A stretch of 46,767 bases of DNA from Methanobacteriota archaeon (GTDB lineage: Archaea > Halobacteriota > Bog-38 > Methanoflorentales > Methanoflorentaceae): contig JAJRBK010000098.1 in the NCBI GenBank assembly GCA_028679495.1, positions 1-46,767 on the forward strand. The letters are read 5' to 3'. The notes beneath the pieces were generated by a model that saw only the letters and a program-made list of their open reading frames with translations, did not search any database and was not told the DNA's origin. Within the stretch, counting starts at the first letter, position 1. Every line of letters begins with the position of its first letter. This document shows, in pieces, positions 28,971-39,255 of the stretch. The position numbers were made by a program, and so were the translations under genes.

Positions 28971-30662
28971 TTACATTGGGGGCATACCGCCCATTCCACC
29001 CATGCCGCCCATTCCACCCATGCCGCCCATGCCGCCCTCAGGCATTGGTGGAGCAGAGAGCTTGCTTGCAGCGATCACGTCATCTATTCGCAGGATCATC
29101 ACCGCAGACTCCGATGCAGAACCAACGGCCTGTGTTTTGATCCTTAGTGGCTCGACGACGCCTTCTTTGAGCATGTCGATTGCATCACCAGTAAAGACGT
29201 TGAGTCCTGCATTTTTATTCCCTTGCTCATGCTTCGATCGGAGCTCAACCAACGTGTCTATTGTGTCAAGACCTGCGTTCTCTGCGAGCGTCTTCGGGAT
29301 AATCTCCAAAGCGTCTGCAAAAGCGCTTATTGCAAGCTGCTCACGGCCTCCCACCGTCGAAGCGTAGTCCCTTAGTTTTAAGGCCAGCTCGACTTCAGCA
29401 GAGCCTCCGCCTGCAACCAGCTTGCCATCCTCAATCGTGACACCCACTACTCTGAGCGCATCTACAACTGCCCGCTCCACGTCATCGACGACGTGCTCAG
29501 TGCCGCCATGCAGCATTATAGACACTGCCTTAGGGTTATCACAATCCTCAACGAAGATCATCTCGTCACCGGCCACCTTTCGCTCCTCAACGAGGCCAGC
29601 ACGCCCTAGGTCACTCTCTTCAAGCTCATCAACGCTCGAAGCAATCTTGCCGTTTGTGGCGCGCGCAAGCTTCTCCATGTCGCTCTTCTTGACGCGTCGT
29701 ACTGCAAGGATGCCTGCCTTTGCAAGATAGTGCTGGGCAAGATCATCAATTCCCTTCTGGCAAAATACTACGTTAGCGCCCTTGCTTGTGATTTGGTCGA
29801 CCATGCCTTTGATCATAGACTCTTCTTGGCCCAAGAACGCTTGCAGCTGATCTGGTGATGTAATAGATATCTCAGCATCGACTTCCGTGTCTTTGAGTTC
29901 AATCGCTCCGTTGACAAGCGCGATCTTCGCGTCGCTAACGGTTCGCGGCATGCCTGTCGAGACGCGTTCCTTGTCGATAATCATTCCTTCAACAAGCTCA
30001 GATGAATCGATGCTTCCTCCTACTTTCTTCTCAATCTTTATGTTATCAATGTCAAAGGTATGTTGCCCGTTTTCTATTTCCACCACTGCTTTAACGGCTT
30101 TTACACAGAGATCTGCAAGTTTCTCTTTGGAAGCTTCAGCTCCTTTTCCGGTCATTGCCGTGATAGCTACCTTTTTAAGCAACTCATCGTCCTCTGGGGA
30201 CACATCGATTGCAATAGTATCGAGGATCTCTCGGGCTTTCGTTGCTGCCAATCTGAAACCCGAGGCAATAACGGTGGGATGCACATCTTGTTCTAGTAGG
30301 GTCTCCGCTCTTTTGAGCAGTTCTCCAGTGATCACAACTGCCGTCGTCGTTCCGTCCCCTACCTCATCATCTTGCGTACGAGCGACTTCAACAATCATTT
30401 TAGCTGCTGGGTGCTCGATATCCATCTCTTTAAGTATTGTGACGCCATCGTTCGTAATAACGACATCGCCGAGCGTGTCAACGAGCATCTTGTCCATTCC
30501 TTTGGGGCCGAGCGTTGTTCGCACCGCCGAAGCCACTGCCTTTGCCGCTGTGATATTCATGCCCTGGGCCTCTTTGCCCCGGGTTCTCTGGCTGCCTTCT
30601 CTAAGAATCAATATGGGCTGTCCACCCAATTGTCCACTTTGTCCTCCCAGTTGTCCTGCCAT
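28971..30662 (-). CDS. ths: Thermosome subunit (group II chaperonin)
   Basis: Contains [41 protein letters not shown] and ILRIDDVIA. 563 aa with repeat tails at both ends. Confidence 0.96.
   Translation of the reverse strand: MAGQLGGQSGQLGGQPILILREGSQRTRGKEAQGMNITAAKAVASAVRTTLGPKGMDKMLVDTLGDVVITNDGVTILKEMDIEHPAAKMIVEVARTQDDEVGDGTTTAVVITGELLKRAETLLEQDVHPTVIASGFRLAATKAREILDTIAIDVSPEDDELLKKVAITAMTGKGAEASKEKLADLCVKAVKAVVEIENGQHTFDIDNIKIEKKVGGSIDSSELVEGMIIDKERVSTGMPRTVSDAKIALVNGAIELKDTEVDAEISITSPDQLQAFLGQEESMIKGMVDQITSKGANVVFCQKGIDDLAQHYLAKAGILAVRRVKKSDMEKLARATNGKIASSVDELEESDLGRAGLVEERKVAGDEMIFVEDCDNPKAVSIMLHGGTEHVVDDVERAVVDALRVVGVTIEDGKLVAGGGSAEVELALKLRDYASTVGGREQLAISAFADALEIIPKTLAENAGLDTIDTLVELRSKHEQGNKNAGLNVFTGDAIDMLKEGVVEPLRIKTQAVGSASESAVMILRIDDVIAASKLSAPPMPEGGMGGMGGMGGMGGMGGMPPM
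28983..29036 (-). repeat. Tandem 9-nt coding repeat (6 units) encoding (GGM)6 at the thermosome C-terminus
   Basis: Plus strand reads CATACCGCC CATTCCACC CATGCCGCC CATTCCACC CATGCCGCC CATGCCGCC. An 18-nt unit, CATTCCACCCATGCCGCC, occurs twice. Confidence 0.95.
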
Positions 30663-30772
30663 TTTTCCTCCGGTATTTCAAATCGATCCTTATATGCGTA
30701 AGTTCTGGCTTTACTATGCAGAAAGTTCTATAAAAGCATTGTGTCGGATCTGTAAATGAAGATGCAGGCTTT

Positions 30773-31714
30773 CTACCCTTCTGCTCTCTCATTTACGAGA
30801 TCCAAGAGCTCGTTGGAACTGTCCAGATCCTCAAGTTCTTGTAGGAGGATGACCACAGTATCAAAAATCTTGAAGCACTTAGGCTCATCGCTCGTAATAT
30901 ACAACGAACGGGTAGATATGACGCGTGAGATGCTGCTCATAAGCTCCGCTCGTTTTATTATCGTGCTCGCGCTTTTGCTGATACCCGTGAGCAGCGTATC
31001 CTCTTGGATTTGTGAGAGCATGTCAAACGGCACTTGAGACATGGGAAATACCTTAAATCCCAAATCTACGAGCGTTGACATCGCTTGTTGTTCTAAGGGA
31101 GGTAGTGAGTCGCTTGTCGCCATCTCTTGGTGCGATAAGTGGTGTGTGAGGAGGCTTATAGGAACGGCAAGCGGAGTATCGAGAATTTCCTCAAGCCTGA
31201 GAGCGATTTCAACTTTTGCATCCATCCCCTCTTCATACTTGCGAATACTGCGCCTTGAGACCCCCAGTTCTGAGGCGATTGCACCTAAAGAGAGGTTCTT
31301 GCGAACGCGCGCCTCGTTAAGCGCTTCTTCATCAAGTCTAACGTAAAGTCCACCCGGTGCTGCGTAAACGAGCGGGGGTAACTGGTTCACAAAAAAATCG
31401 AATAATGTCTCGATGTTGACAGCCGGGATGCCGTAGCGCACGTACACAGCGCCTTCTTCTAAGGCGCGGTTTCGCGCCTTCTCGCCGATCAATAAGGGCG
31501 AGCCATAAAAATATTCGGCCAGGCGTTTCAACTCAAGTGCTGTCTCCTCGCTTAAGCCATCGATATTTGACAGCATCTTTATAAAGAGGAGGACTGTCCC
31601 ATTTCTAGCTGCAATATCAAAACACCGTGAACGAACGTCACACCGTTTTGATGTGACAAAGCCCGCTCTATGAAGCACCTGCTTTGCGTGGTCCACCAAC
31701 AGTCCCTGATGCAT
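30773..31714 (-). CDS. Archaeal XRE-type HTH transcriptional regulator with uncharacterised N- and C-terminal domains (COG1395-like)
   Basis: 313 aa. The central HTH is LSLGAIASELGVSRRSIRKYEEG. Length and architecture match the conserved euryarchaeal family. Confidence 0.7.
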   Translation of the reverse strand: MHQGLLVDHAKQVLHRAGFVTSKRCDVRSRCFDIAARNGTVLLFIKMLSNIDGLSEETALELKRLAEYFYGSPLLIGEKARNRALEEGAVYVRYGIPAVNIETLFDFFVNQLPPLVYAAPGGLYVRLDEEALNEARVRKNLSLGAIASELGVSRRSIRKYEEGMDAKVEIALRLEEILDTPLAVPISLLTHHLSHQEMATSDSLPPLEQQAMSTLVDLGFKVFPMSQVPFDMLSQIQEDTLLTGISKSASTIIKRAELMSSISRVISTRSLYITSDEPKCFKIFDTVVILLQELEDLDSSNELLDLVNERAEG

Positions 31715-31834
31715 TCTCTCCCCGTTGTATTGTCGAACTTCCCATTACGCAGATGTTAGAGGCAGCTTCCTCGCATTTACTATGTCTAAAAAGTACTTAT
31801 ATACTTTTATACATAAAATGAACGCCTACGAAGA

Positions 31835-33094
31835 ATGCTCATTGGAATTGACGACACCGATTCGCAGCACGGCATGTGTACGACGTATCTCGGGGCGGTG
31901 CTAAAGACGGCGCTTGAGCGACAATTACGTGAGAACGTCCGTCTCCACTTAGTTCGCTTGAATCCGACGATTCGGTTTAAGACCCGAGGAAATGCCGCTG
32001 TTGGTATCACCACTCAAAGCTCTTGCGGCGTTAAAGACATTGTGCAGGCACATATCGAAGATATGGCGTGCTTGCACGACGAGAACACGCATCCAGGCGC
32101 GGTCTTTATCGACCGTGATACGCCGCCTCTGGACATACAACACTTTTCACACGAAGCCATACGTCGGGAGCTTGATATCAGCTATGCGGTTAAACTGATC
32201 GAGCGTAATAACGTGGATTTTTTGGCGTACAAAAAAGGAAGAGGCTTGATAGGAGCGCTTGCCGCTGCAGGGGCCACCCTTGGAAAGGAGGACCATACAT
32301 ACGAGCTCATCACCTACCGTTATGCGCAAAACCACAAAAAACAGCGCTATATTAATAGGGAATCGATATACCGCGCAGATAAGGTGACATACCCCTACAC
32401 ATGGGACACAATCGATCACAAAAATAGCGCCATTGTCTTTTCACCGCGCTCCCAAGACCCAGTACTCTACGGCATTCGAGGGGATGACCCGTATCACGTG
32501 TTCGCGGCACACAGCAAAATCATCTCAGAGCCATACGAGTACATGGTCTTATACGTGACGAATCAGGGCACGGACAAACATGTTCAACACGAACAGATAG
32601 ATGCTTTAACTGAGGGATGTTCTTACGCTCTCACAGGAACCATCACCACAGCTCCTTGGGCAATTGAGGGTGGACACATATTTTTCCAAATCGGTGAACA
32701 ACAACGGACGCTCCGCTGCGTTGCATTTGAACCAACTAAGCAATTCAGGGCGGCAGTGCGGAAGTTATGTGAAGGCGATCGTGTAGTGGTTCAGGGCAGC
32801 TTCATCAAAGACTGCTTGCATCTGGAGAAGCTTCGCGTAGTTGAGCTACAGGATCAATTCAAAGGCATAAATCCCATGTGCTGTAATAAGCGCATGAAAT
32901 CACGCGGTAAAGGCAAAGGATTCAAATGTGTAAGGTGCAAGACGATTAAGCGACATTCAGACACACAAGACATCCCCATAACTAGGGAAATCGAGCTCGG
33001 GACGTATGAGGTCGTTCCTTCAGCACGACGACATCTCGCAAAGCCTTTAATAAGGGATCGGTGCGTGAGACACCCAATATTTCCCAGCCGCTAA
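31835..33094 (+). CDS. tiaS: tRNA(Ile2) 2-agmatinylcytidine synthetase
   Basis: N-terminal MLIGIDDTDSQHGMCTTYL, a central OB-like region and a C-terminal zinc ribbon CCNKRM...CVRCK. 419 aa. Confidence 0.88.
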   Translation: MLIGIDDTDSQHGMCTTYLGAVLKTALERQLRENVRLHLVRLNPTIRFKTRGNAAVGITTQSSCGVKDIVQAHIEDMACLHDENTHPGAVFIDRDTPPLDIQHFSHEAIRRELDISYAVKLIERNNVDFLAYKKGRGLIGALAAAGATLGKEDHTYELITYRYAQNHKKQRYINRESIYRADKVTYPYTWDTIDHKNSAIVFSPRSQDPVLYGIRGDDPYHVFAAHSKIISEPYEYMVLYVTNQGTDKHVQHEQIDALTEGCSYALTGTITTAPWAIEGGHIFFQIGEQQRTLRCVAFEPTKQFRAAVRKLCEGDRVVVQGSFIKDCLHLEKLRVVELQDQFKGINPMCCNKRMKSRGKGKGFKCVRCKTIKRHSDTQDIPITREIELGTYEVVPSARRHLAKPLIRDRCVRHPIFPSR

Positions 33095-33141
33095 CCGTTT
33101 GAACCATCAGAAAAGACGTCTCCAAGCACCCCTCGACTCTT

Positions 33142-34092
33142 ATGCTAATCAACCACCAAGCGTACACGTCTAAAGCAATCAGCCGATTTAAAGGGAGAGT
33201 CGTGCACCTTACGCACACAGATTTAGATGCCGTGTGCAGTGACGCAATAATGAGAAGGAAGCACGGCGAAATCCTATCGATTTACTCTTCAGTCCAGGAC
33301 TATAGAGTATATATTGATCACCTTGCGGCATCTCGTGGACGCTCGCTAGAGCTCTATCTCTCGGATCTGGGAGGACATCCAAGCGCAGTCGATGCGCTGA
33401 CGAAACTGAGCTCGAAGGGATGGCACGTTGAGTGGCGTGACCATCACGTATGGGACGAGCAAACGCTCGGGCGTGCTAAACAAGTCGTCGATTACTTGCG
33501 CGTCGATCCACAGTTTTGCGCGTGCGAGATCGTATACCAAGATATGCTGCCAAACGACCCAGTTGCACGTGAACTAGCTGCTGTTGGAAGGGACAGAGAT
33601 TTTTGGATAAACAGAGACCCGCGCTCTGAAATGCTTTCTACTGTAGTGCATGACAACGTATGGCGACAGCGAGTTGCAATGGACCTATCACAGGGAATTT
33701 TTTCGGATCGGGACATCGAACGCGAATATGAAAGGCAAACAAAAAAGAAAAATAATGTCATTGAGCGCGCAATACAGCGCTCACGTACGATAGATCACAC
33801 TGCAGTCACTGTGAGCAACCATTACGCGAGCGATGTCGCCGCTTCGTTGCGCAGGAAATATGACTCGACGATCGAGATCGTGCTCCACACAAATGGTGTT
33901 TTTTCCATAAGATCAACCGGTCCAATCAGCAACCGCGTCGCAGAGCTATTCGGAGGCGGAGGGCACCCACATGCTGCAGGAGGCAATCTGCATTTCAGTA
34001 TTGCAGATCGGATCCTGTTTAGATTGTGTTCGCTCCGGCTCAAAAAGGTGCAGAAGCTCATTCGCACGGCATCAGCGTATGAGGGATCCTAA
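33142..34092 (+). CDS. DHH-family phosphoesterase (DHH/DHHA1, NrnA-like)
   Basis: Contains HTDLDAVCS, RDHH and a DHHA1 motif GGGGHPHAAGG. 316 aa. Confidence 0.8.
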   Translation: MLINHQAYTSKAISRFKGRVVHLTHTDLDAVCSDAIMRRKHGEILSIYSSVQDYRVYIDHLAASRGRSLELYLSDLGGHPSAVDALTKLSSKGWHVEWRDHHVWDEQTLGRAKQVVDYLRVDPQFCACEIVYQDMLPNDPVARELAAVGRDRDFWINRDPRSEMLSTVVHDNVWRQRVAMDLSQGIFSDRDIEREYERQTKKKNNVIERAIQRSRTIDHTAVTVSNHYASDVAASLRRKYDSTIEIVLHTNGVFSIRSTGPISNRVAELFGGGGHPHAAGGNLHFSIADRILFRLCSLRLKKVQKLIRTASAYEGS

Positions 34093-34318
34093 ACCAAGGT
34101 ATTGCGGCTGCTATCAGTAAGCGACAGCTTCAGGAAACGCAGATTTCTTGGTCGATCGGCCCGAAGTCTGTGCAGTGAATCGTGCTTCAAGTGAAAAGGC
34201 TTACTAAAGTGCACATTTGCAGGCATCTCATAAACTGAACAACAACAGCAGTGCCAGACGCAGGCTTCCTCTGTAACCTGAGGCAAACACCTAAACAGTC
34301 TGATCTCACGTTGTTTTG

Positions 34319-35026
34319 TTATTCGTATGAACTCTCGTGAGCTACACGTTTTAAACGATCGAATAGAGGATCCTGTTTCTTAATGGCTTCGAAGGCACGA
34401 CTTCGTCGAACACACGATTCACATACACTGCAAGGGGTACTCTCAGCGGTATAACACGACCATGACCACTCAAGTGGCGCATCAATTTGTAATCCAAGCA
34501 GGGCGATTTCACTTTTGTCAAATCGTATAAGGGGCGCGTGCACCTGGACGTCCCCTAGCACTGCGTACTTGAGAGCATCGTTAAAGCGAGCGATAAAGTG
34601 CGACGAATTATCGGGAAAGGTTGCTGCTTCCTCCTTGTTGAATCCCACTACAATGGAATCGAAGTTGAAGTGATCACAAAAAGCAGCCGCAATTGACAGG
34701 AAAACTGCGTTTCGGGCAGGGACCCAGACAACCCTTGCTGTCTCTTTGACTGTTTCAAAATGCTCTAGCACCGCGCTATCGAGTTCTGGCAGTTCACCAC
34801 TGCCTGTCAGTGCTCCTTTAAAGCCTGCGTACCACGGCAGGTCAACAACGTCGTGAGGAACGTGGTACATTGCACAAATTTTAGACGCGTACGCCAGTTC
34901 CTTGCTTTGCGCTCGTTGTCCGTATGCAAAGGTAACACATCTAATCTCGTCGTAATCACCGTACGCAAGCTTAAATGAGACAACGGAATCCATCCCTGCA
35001 GATAGGAGAATGATCGCTCGTGACAT
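34319..35026 (-). CDS. queC: 7-cyano-7-deazaguanine synthase
   Basis: PP-loop AIILLSAGMDSVVS and a C-terminal zinc site CYTAESTPCSVCESCVRR. 235 aa. Confidence 0.9.
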   Translation of the reverse strand: MSRAIILLSAGMDSVVSFKLAYGDYDEIRCVTFAYGQRAQSKELAYASKICAMYHVPHDVVDLPWYAGFKGALTGSGELPELDSAVLEHFETVKETARVVWVPARNAVFLSIAAAFCDHFNFDSIVVGFNKEEAATFPDNSSHFIARFNDALKYAVLGDVQVHAPLIRFDKSEIALLGLQIDAPLEWSWSCYTAESTPCSVCESCVRRSRAFEAIKKQDPLFDRLKRVAHESSYE

Positions 35027-35095
35027 ATATTTGCTGGCCAGTATTACAGGAATTATACGAAGGATTAATTAAAACTGCCCCTTCTAAGTGGTCGT

Positions 35096-35368
35096 ATGGA
35101 AAGAACTGCGTGCATGTTTATTACTGGGTACGTGCAAGCCGTTGGCTATCGCATGTATGTAAGAAGGTATGCAGATCAGTTAGGTATTACGGGCTTTGCT
35201 CAAAACCTGCCAGATGGTCGCGTAAAAGTCGTAGCTTCTGGCTCGGAGACGAAAATTGAAGAGTTGCTGGAAAAACTGCGTCAAGGACCCCGGTTCGCAG
35301 TCGTGCGTAACGTGGAAATGAGGTGGTTGGATGACTACGTTCCTTTTTCTGGTTTTAACGTTAAGTAG
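35096..35368 (+). CDS. acyP: Acylphosphatase
   Basis: 90 aa. Contains ITGYVQAVGYRMYV...GFAQNLPDGRVKVVASG. Confidence 0.9.
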   Translation: MERTACMFITGYVQAVGYRMYVRRYADQLGITGFAQNLPDGRVKVVASGSETKIEELLEKLRQGPRFAVVRNVEMRWLDDYVPFSGFNVK

Positions 35369-35446
35369 GTCAGCTCTCCTTCACCGTCCGCACCATCACG
35401 CTTAGAGTATGCGAAGCGTGGATGAATCCAATATGAACTTTGCCCT

Positions 35447-37105
35447 TTATGACCACCGTCGTCTCGGATCTGTGGCAATATCAACAAGCGTTGCTTTTTC
35501 TGAGGCAAGTGCTTTTTGCATCGAACTTTTCAGTTCTCCTGGTTTTTCGACTTTGAAGCCTTCTCCACCACACGAGTTTGCGTATTCTGCAAAGTCAATT
35601 TTTTGTAGATTGGTGGCAAAGTGAGGGACGCCCGCTTCATCTTGCTCCGTCTCGATCATTGCGAGTTTAGCATTATCAAGCAAAATGACAGTTATGGGCA
35701 GGTCGTTAGCAACCGCAGTTACAAAGTCTCCCATAACCATCGTGAAACCGCCATCACCTGTCGTGCACACGACCTGTTTGTCTGGATATGTTAGCTGTGC
35801 AGCCAACGCCGCAGGTAATCCGAATCCCATTGATGCCACGTACCCTGAGATGAGGATGCGCTGATCCGTTGCAACAAAGTTACGTGCAAACCAAAGCGTA
35901 TTATCGCCGACGTCGTTAGCAATGATCGCATCAGAGTCAACCACCTGCTGTAAAACGTTCATCACTTGCGGTCCTCTGACTGGCGGCTTACCGGATGATA
36001 TTTCGTCCTGCTTCTTCTGTTCCCATTGTGCCTTAATATCTGAAACCTGAGCCAAGTACACGTCGTTCTGTTTTTCCACGAGCCTGTCATCGAGCACGGG
36101 CAACAACGTTCCAATGTCAGCGAGCAATCCCACGTGAATCGGGAACTTACGCCCGATGGTCATAGGATCCCGATCTATTTGCACTTGCTTTATGAACGAA
36201 GGGATCGAAGTGAGGTCTGAATATGAACTGCCTATTACCATAAGCAAATCGGCGCCATAAACGACTCTTTTTGCTGGATCGGTGCCAATACTACCCATTA
36301 CTCCTAAAGCTAACCGGTGATCTTCAGGTATGATGCCTTTCGCTTTGTAGGTCGTGGCTATGGGTGCACCGAGCTTTTCTGCAATTCTTAAGATAGCGTT
36401 TCTTTGATCCCGTGCTCCATAGCCTACAATTATCACAGGCTTTTTTGCTGCGTTTATTACATCCGCGGCAGTATTGATGAGCTCAGGACGTGGCAAGAAG
36501 TGCAGATCCGGAAGTCGGCCCTCTCTTGTTTTAGTTCGCATGTTCGCCGGGATAGGGAGCGCTTGGACGTTCGCAGGCACGCCTAAATGAGCAACTCCCT
36601 GTTCCACTATAGCATGTTTCATCGCTATAGTGAGAAGCTCTGTCACTTGTTCAGGTGAGTCGATCACTTGGTTGAAATCAGCGACTGCTTCAAACAAAGC
36701 GTGTTGGTCGATCTCCTGAAACGATCCTAAACCGAGGAATTGCAGGCCCACCTGCCCTGTGAGGGCCAAGACCGGTGCGTGATCCATCTTCGCATCATAC
36801 AGCCCCGTTACGAGGTTTGTCGCTCCAGGGCCTGCGATCGTGAGACACACCCCCATCTGACCCGTCAGCTTGGCATAAGCAGACGCCATAAAAGCCGCAA
36901 CTTCCTCGTGCCGCACAAGTATGAAACGTATAGTGTCGCTTCTTCGAATCGCGTCGACGATTTGGAGTGAGGTTTCACCCGGAATTCCATAGACTTGCTT
37001 TACGCCCCATTCTTTGAGCTGCTCGACTATCATATCGGCTACCAAGCGCTCCGGCTCGCTCTTTGCACTTTCATTAGAGGTCACAATAGCATTATCAGTC
37101 GTCAT
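35447..37105 (-). CDS. Thiamine-pyrophosphate-dependent enzyme, pyruvate oxidase / acetolactate synthase large-subunit family
   Basis: Contains VYGIPGETSL, GPGATNLVTGL and the TPP motif GDGGFTM...NN. The ATG at 37105 (MTTDNAIV) is preferred over the track start at 37198. Confidence 0.85.
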   Translation of the reverse strand: MTTDNAIVTSNESAKSEPERLVADMIVEQLKEWGVKQVYGIPGETSLQIVDAIRRSDTIRFILVRHEEVAAFMASAYAKLTGQMGVCLTIAGPGATNLVTGLYDAKMDHAPVLALTGQVGLQFLGLGSFQEIDQHALFEAVADFNQVIDSPEQVTELLTIAMKHAIVEQGVAHLGVPANVQALPIPANMRTKTREGRLPDLHFLPRPELINTAADVINAAKKPVIIVGYGARDQRNAILRIAEKLGAPIATTYKAKGIIPEDHRLALGVMGSIGTDPAKRVVYGADLLMVIGSSYSDLTSIPSFIKQVQIDRDPMTIGRKFPIHVGLLADIGTLLPVLDDRLVEKQNDVYLAQVSDIKAQWEQKKQDEISSGKPPVRGPQVMNVLQQVVDSDAIIANDVGDNTLWFARNFVATDQRILISGYVASMGFGLPAALAAQLTYPDKQVVCTTGDGGFTMVMGDFVTAVANDLPITVILLDNAKLAMIETEQDEAGVPHFATNLQKIDFAEYANSCGGEGFKVEKPGELKSSMQKALASEKATLVDIATDPRRRWS

Positions 37106-37362
37106 AACGTGAACTCCCAGTGAGCGGATAGAGCACGCCAAAACGGTTAAATTGACCATTTTGAATCGAAAAATACCGTGCACGCTCGTTTTCTTCAAAA
37201 AGCTTTGTATACTTAAAGATTACACGCAAAAAAACCAGAAATTGGCTCTTTGCAGGAAAGCTTGAAGTGAACTTCGTGAGGGCTGCGTGTTGCTATGCCG
37301 TACGCGAGCGCCCACGAGCGATAGCCATGTTGTTATGTTCGCGGCGTCGGGTTATCGGAGCT

Positions 37363-38604
37363 CTAAAGTAACCTAGGGTACTTTACGCCAGATAACTCGC
37401 TTGCTTCGCGAGTCAGCGCTGCAAGGTCTTGCTGATCGAGGTCGTGAACATTGCTCTTGCCTACAGCGCGTGCAATGCCGGCAATCTCAGCTGTGGAGAC
37501 GGTTATAAAATGAGCAAGCTTCATTGCGCCCCGGTTAACGTCAAATCTTTGGATAAGGCTTGGATCTTGCGTCGTTGTTCCTGTCGGGCATTGATTAGTC
37601 TCACACATGCGATAATACTCGCAGGACATAGACCATAGAGCGGCTGTCGCTATGTACACGGCGTCTGCTCCGAGCGCAAGGCATTTAGCGAAGTCGCCAG
37701 AATTTCGTAGCCGACCTCCTGCTATAAGGGTTACCTTGTCTCTGAACCCCACTTCGGTGAGATACTTGTGCGCCCGAGGCAAGAAATTAATGAGTGGAAG
37801 TCCAGCATTATCTTTAATATAATTGGGAGGAGCGCCGCTCCCGCCGCCAAACCCATCGGTGACGATATAATCTGGCTCGGCGAAAATGATGATATCAAGG
37901 TCCTTTTCAACGTGACCACCTGTAAATTTGATCCCAATTGGTTTTCCTTCAGTTATCTCCCTCAGCCACTCGATCTTTTGCTTAAGGTCATCAGCGCTGT
38001 TGATATCCATGTGCCGCGCGGGACTGCGTGCGTCAGTACCGGGCGGAATGCCTCGCGCTTTTGCGATAGACTCAGTCACCTTGCTGGCAGGCACGAGACT
38101 CCCGGTGGCTGGGTACGCTGACTGGCTCACGCGAAACTCAATTGAATCTGCCTGCTTTAATCGCTCTTCCCAGATGCCAAATCGGCCTGTTGAATATTGA
38201 AGGGTTAGATACTTGGCCGCTTCTCGCTCCTCATCGAGCATACCGCCTTCTCCGGTATTTGATATAGTACCAGCCATCGTCGACGCTTTTGCAAGCGCAA
38301 TTTTTTGTTCCTTGTTTAAAGCCCCAAAACTCATAGCGGATATCATAATGGGCGTCTCAAGTTCTATAGGACTTTTTGTGCGATCTCCAAGCACTGTTCT
38401 GGTGTTTACCACCTCTTCGGCTGTTAGTGGGAAGGTGTACAATTGTGCAGGAAGAAAGTTAAGCATGTCAAGACTCGCAGGAATATGTTTGAGCGATCCC
38501 ATGCCCTCATGCAGTGACTTGTTTAGCGTCGCTGCCTTTTTGACATCAATGATTTTCTTATAATCGAGCGGATGGGCATATTCATAATACGAAATTTCGC
38601 GCAT
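37363..38604 (-). CDS. Glutamate synthase-related FMN-binding domain protein (GltB domain 2, stand-alone archaeal type)
   Basis: Contains ISAMSFGALNKEQKIALAKASTMAGTISNTGEGGM and ...DGFGGGSGA.... The ATG at 38604 is preferred; the track start at 38625 is a TTG. Confidence 0.85.
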   Translation of the reverse strand: MREISYYEYAHPLDYKKIIDVKKAATLNKSLHEGMGSLKHIPASLDMLNFLPAQLYTFPLTAEEVVNTRTVLGDRTKSPIELETPIMISAMSFGALNKEQKIALAKASTMAGTISNTGEGGMLDEEREAAKYLTLQYSTGRFGIWEERLKQADSIEFRVSQSAYPATGSLVPASKVTESIAKARGIPPGTDARSPARHMDINSADDLKQKIEWLREITEGKPIGIKFTGGHVEKDLDIIIFAEPDYIVTDGFGGGSGAPPNYIKDNAGLPLINFLPRAHKYLTEVGFRDKVTLIAGGRLRNSGDFAKCLALGADAVYIATAALWSMSCEYYRMCETNQCPTGTTTQDPSLIQRFDVNRGAMKLAHFITVSTAEIAGIARAVGKSNVHDLDQQDLAALTREASELSGVKYPRLL

Positions 38605-38748
38605 GGCAACGCTCCATAGTTTCAATTAGAATATCTCAGCATCAACGACGTACTTATTCGTTTCTAAAGCGACAAGGTAAAGACTGACGAACGTGTAATA
38701 ACCTCAACTTCATAGCCTATAGCAATCGTATTCCACTGTGCGCTGTTT

Positions 38749-39162
38749 ATGACTATCACAAGACAAAAAAGGCTTTCTGAAAGCAGGAGATATCTCACGA
38801 AGCTTTTAGTCGTCGCTTCGATGATTAAACATAACATACCGACTGATATAATCGATATCGGGCCTACAAGTCAAAGTGAACGTGAGGAGGCAGAAAACCT
38901 TGCCAAGCATGGCTCGGTACACATTCCGGAGTTGCTCGTAAATATTCATAATCTTGCTCATTTTGACAAGTATGTTGCCGGTTGGTCTCGCTTGTCTATA
39001 GAGACAGGTATCTTAGAGATCGTGAGAGTGGGCGAAGGGAATAGCATAGTTGTTGGTTTGCCAAATGACCGAGAAATTACGTGCGTTGTGCTCGAGAGCG
39101 AGGTGGCGAATCAGTTCCAGAGGCTACAACGAGCTAATTCACCGTCGCATTTTGGCGGATGA
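38749..39162 (+). CDS. Hypothetical protein
   Basis: 137-aa ORF with an ATG start. No motif was recognised. The codon usage and composition look protein-like. Confidence 0.45.
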   Translation: MTITRQKRLSESRRYLTKLLVVASMIKHNIPTDIIDIGPTSQSEREEAENLAKHGSVHIPELLVNIHNLAHFDKYVAGWSRLSIETGILEIVRVGEGNSIVVGLPNDREITCVVLESEVANQFQRLQRANSPSHFGG

Positions 39163-39255
39163 CCTAATCGCTAAGCTGGTGAAAGATGTATATATTAAAA
39201 TGAGCTAAGACCACGCAACAGAGTTATCTTGTGCGTGCTTGAGGTATCGATAGAG

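Noticed and set aside
28983-29036. Short tandem repeat that could be mistaken for a microsatellite or CRISPR-like array
   Set aside because: It is in frame inside the thermosome gene and encodes (GGM)6. Gly-Met-rich C-terminal tails are a known chaperonin feature. There are no spacers.
29887-30759. 290-aa plus-strand ORF, the longest unassigned ORF in the track
   Set aside because: It lies almost entirely antisense to the thermosome gene. Its translation is low-complexity and rich in S, T, A and I, with no motifs. This is a typical shadow ORF of a highly biased gene.
34089-34286. 65-aa minus-strand ORF with a CCCC run in the convergent DHH/queC gap
   Set aside because: It starts inside a convergent terminator region with no promoter element. 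The composition is odd (WHCCCCSVYE), and nothing supports it beyond being open.
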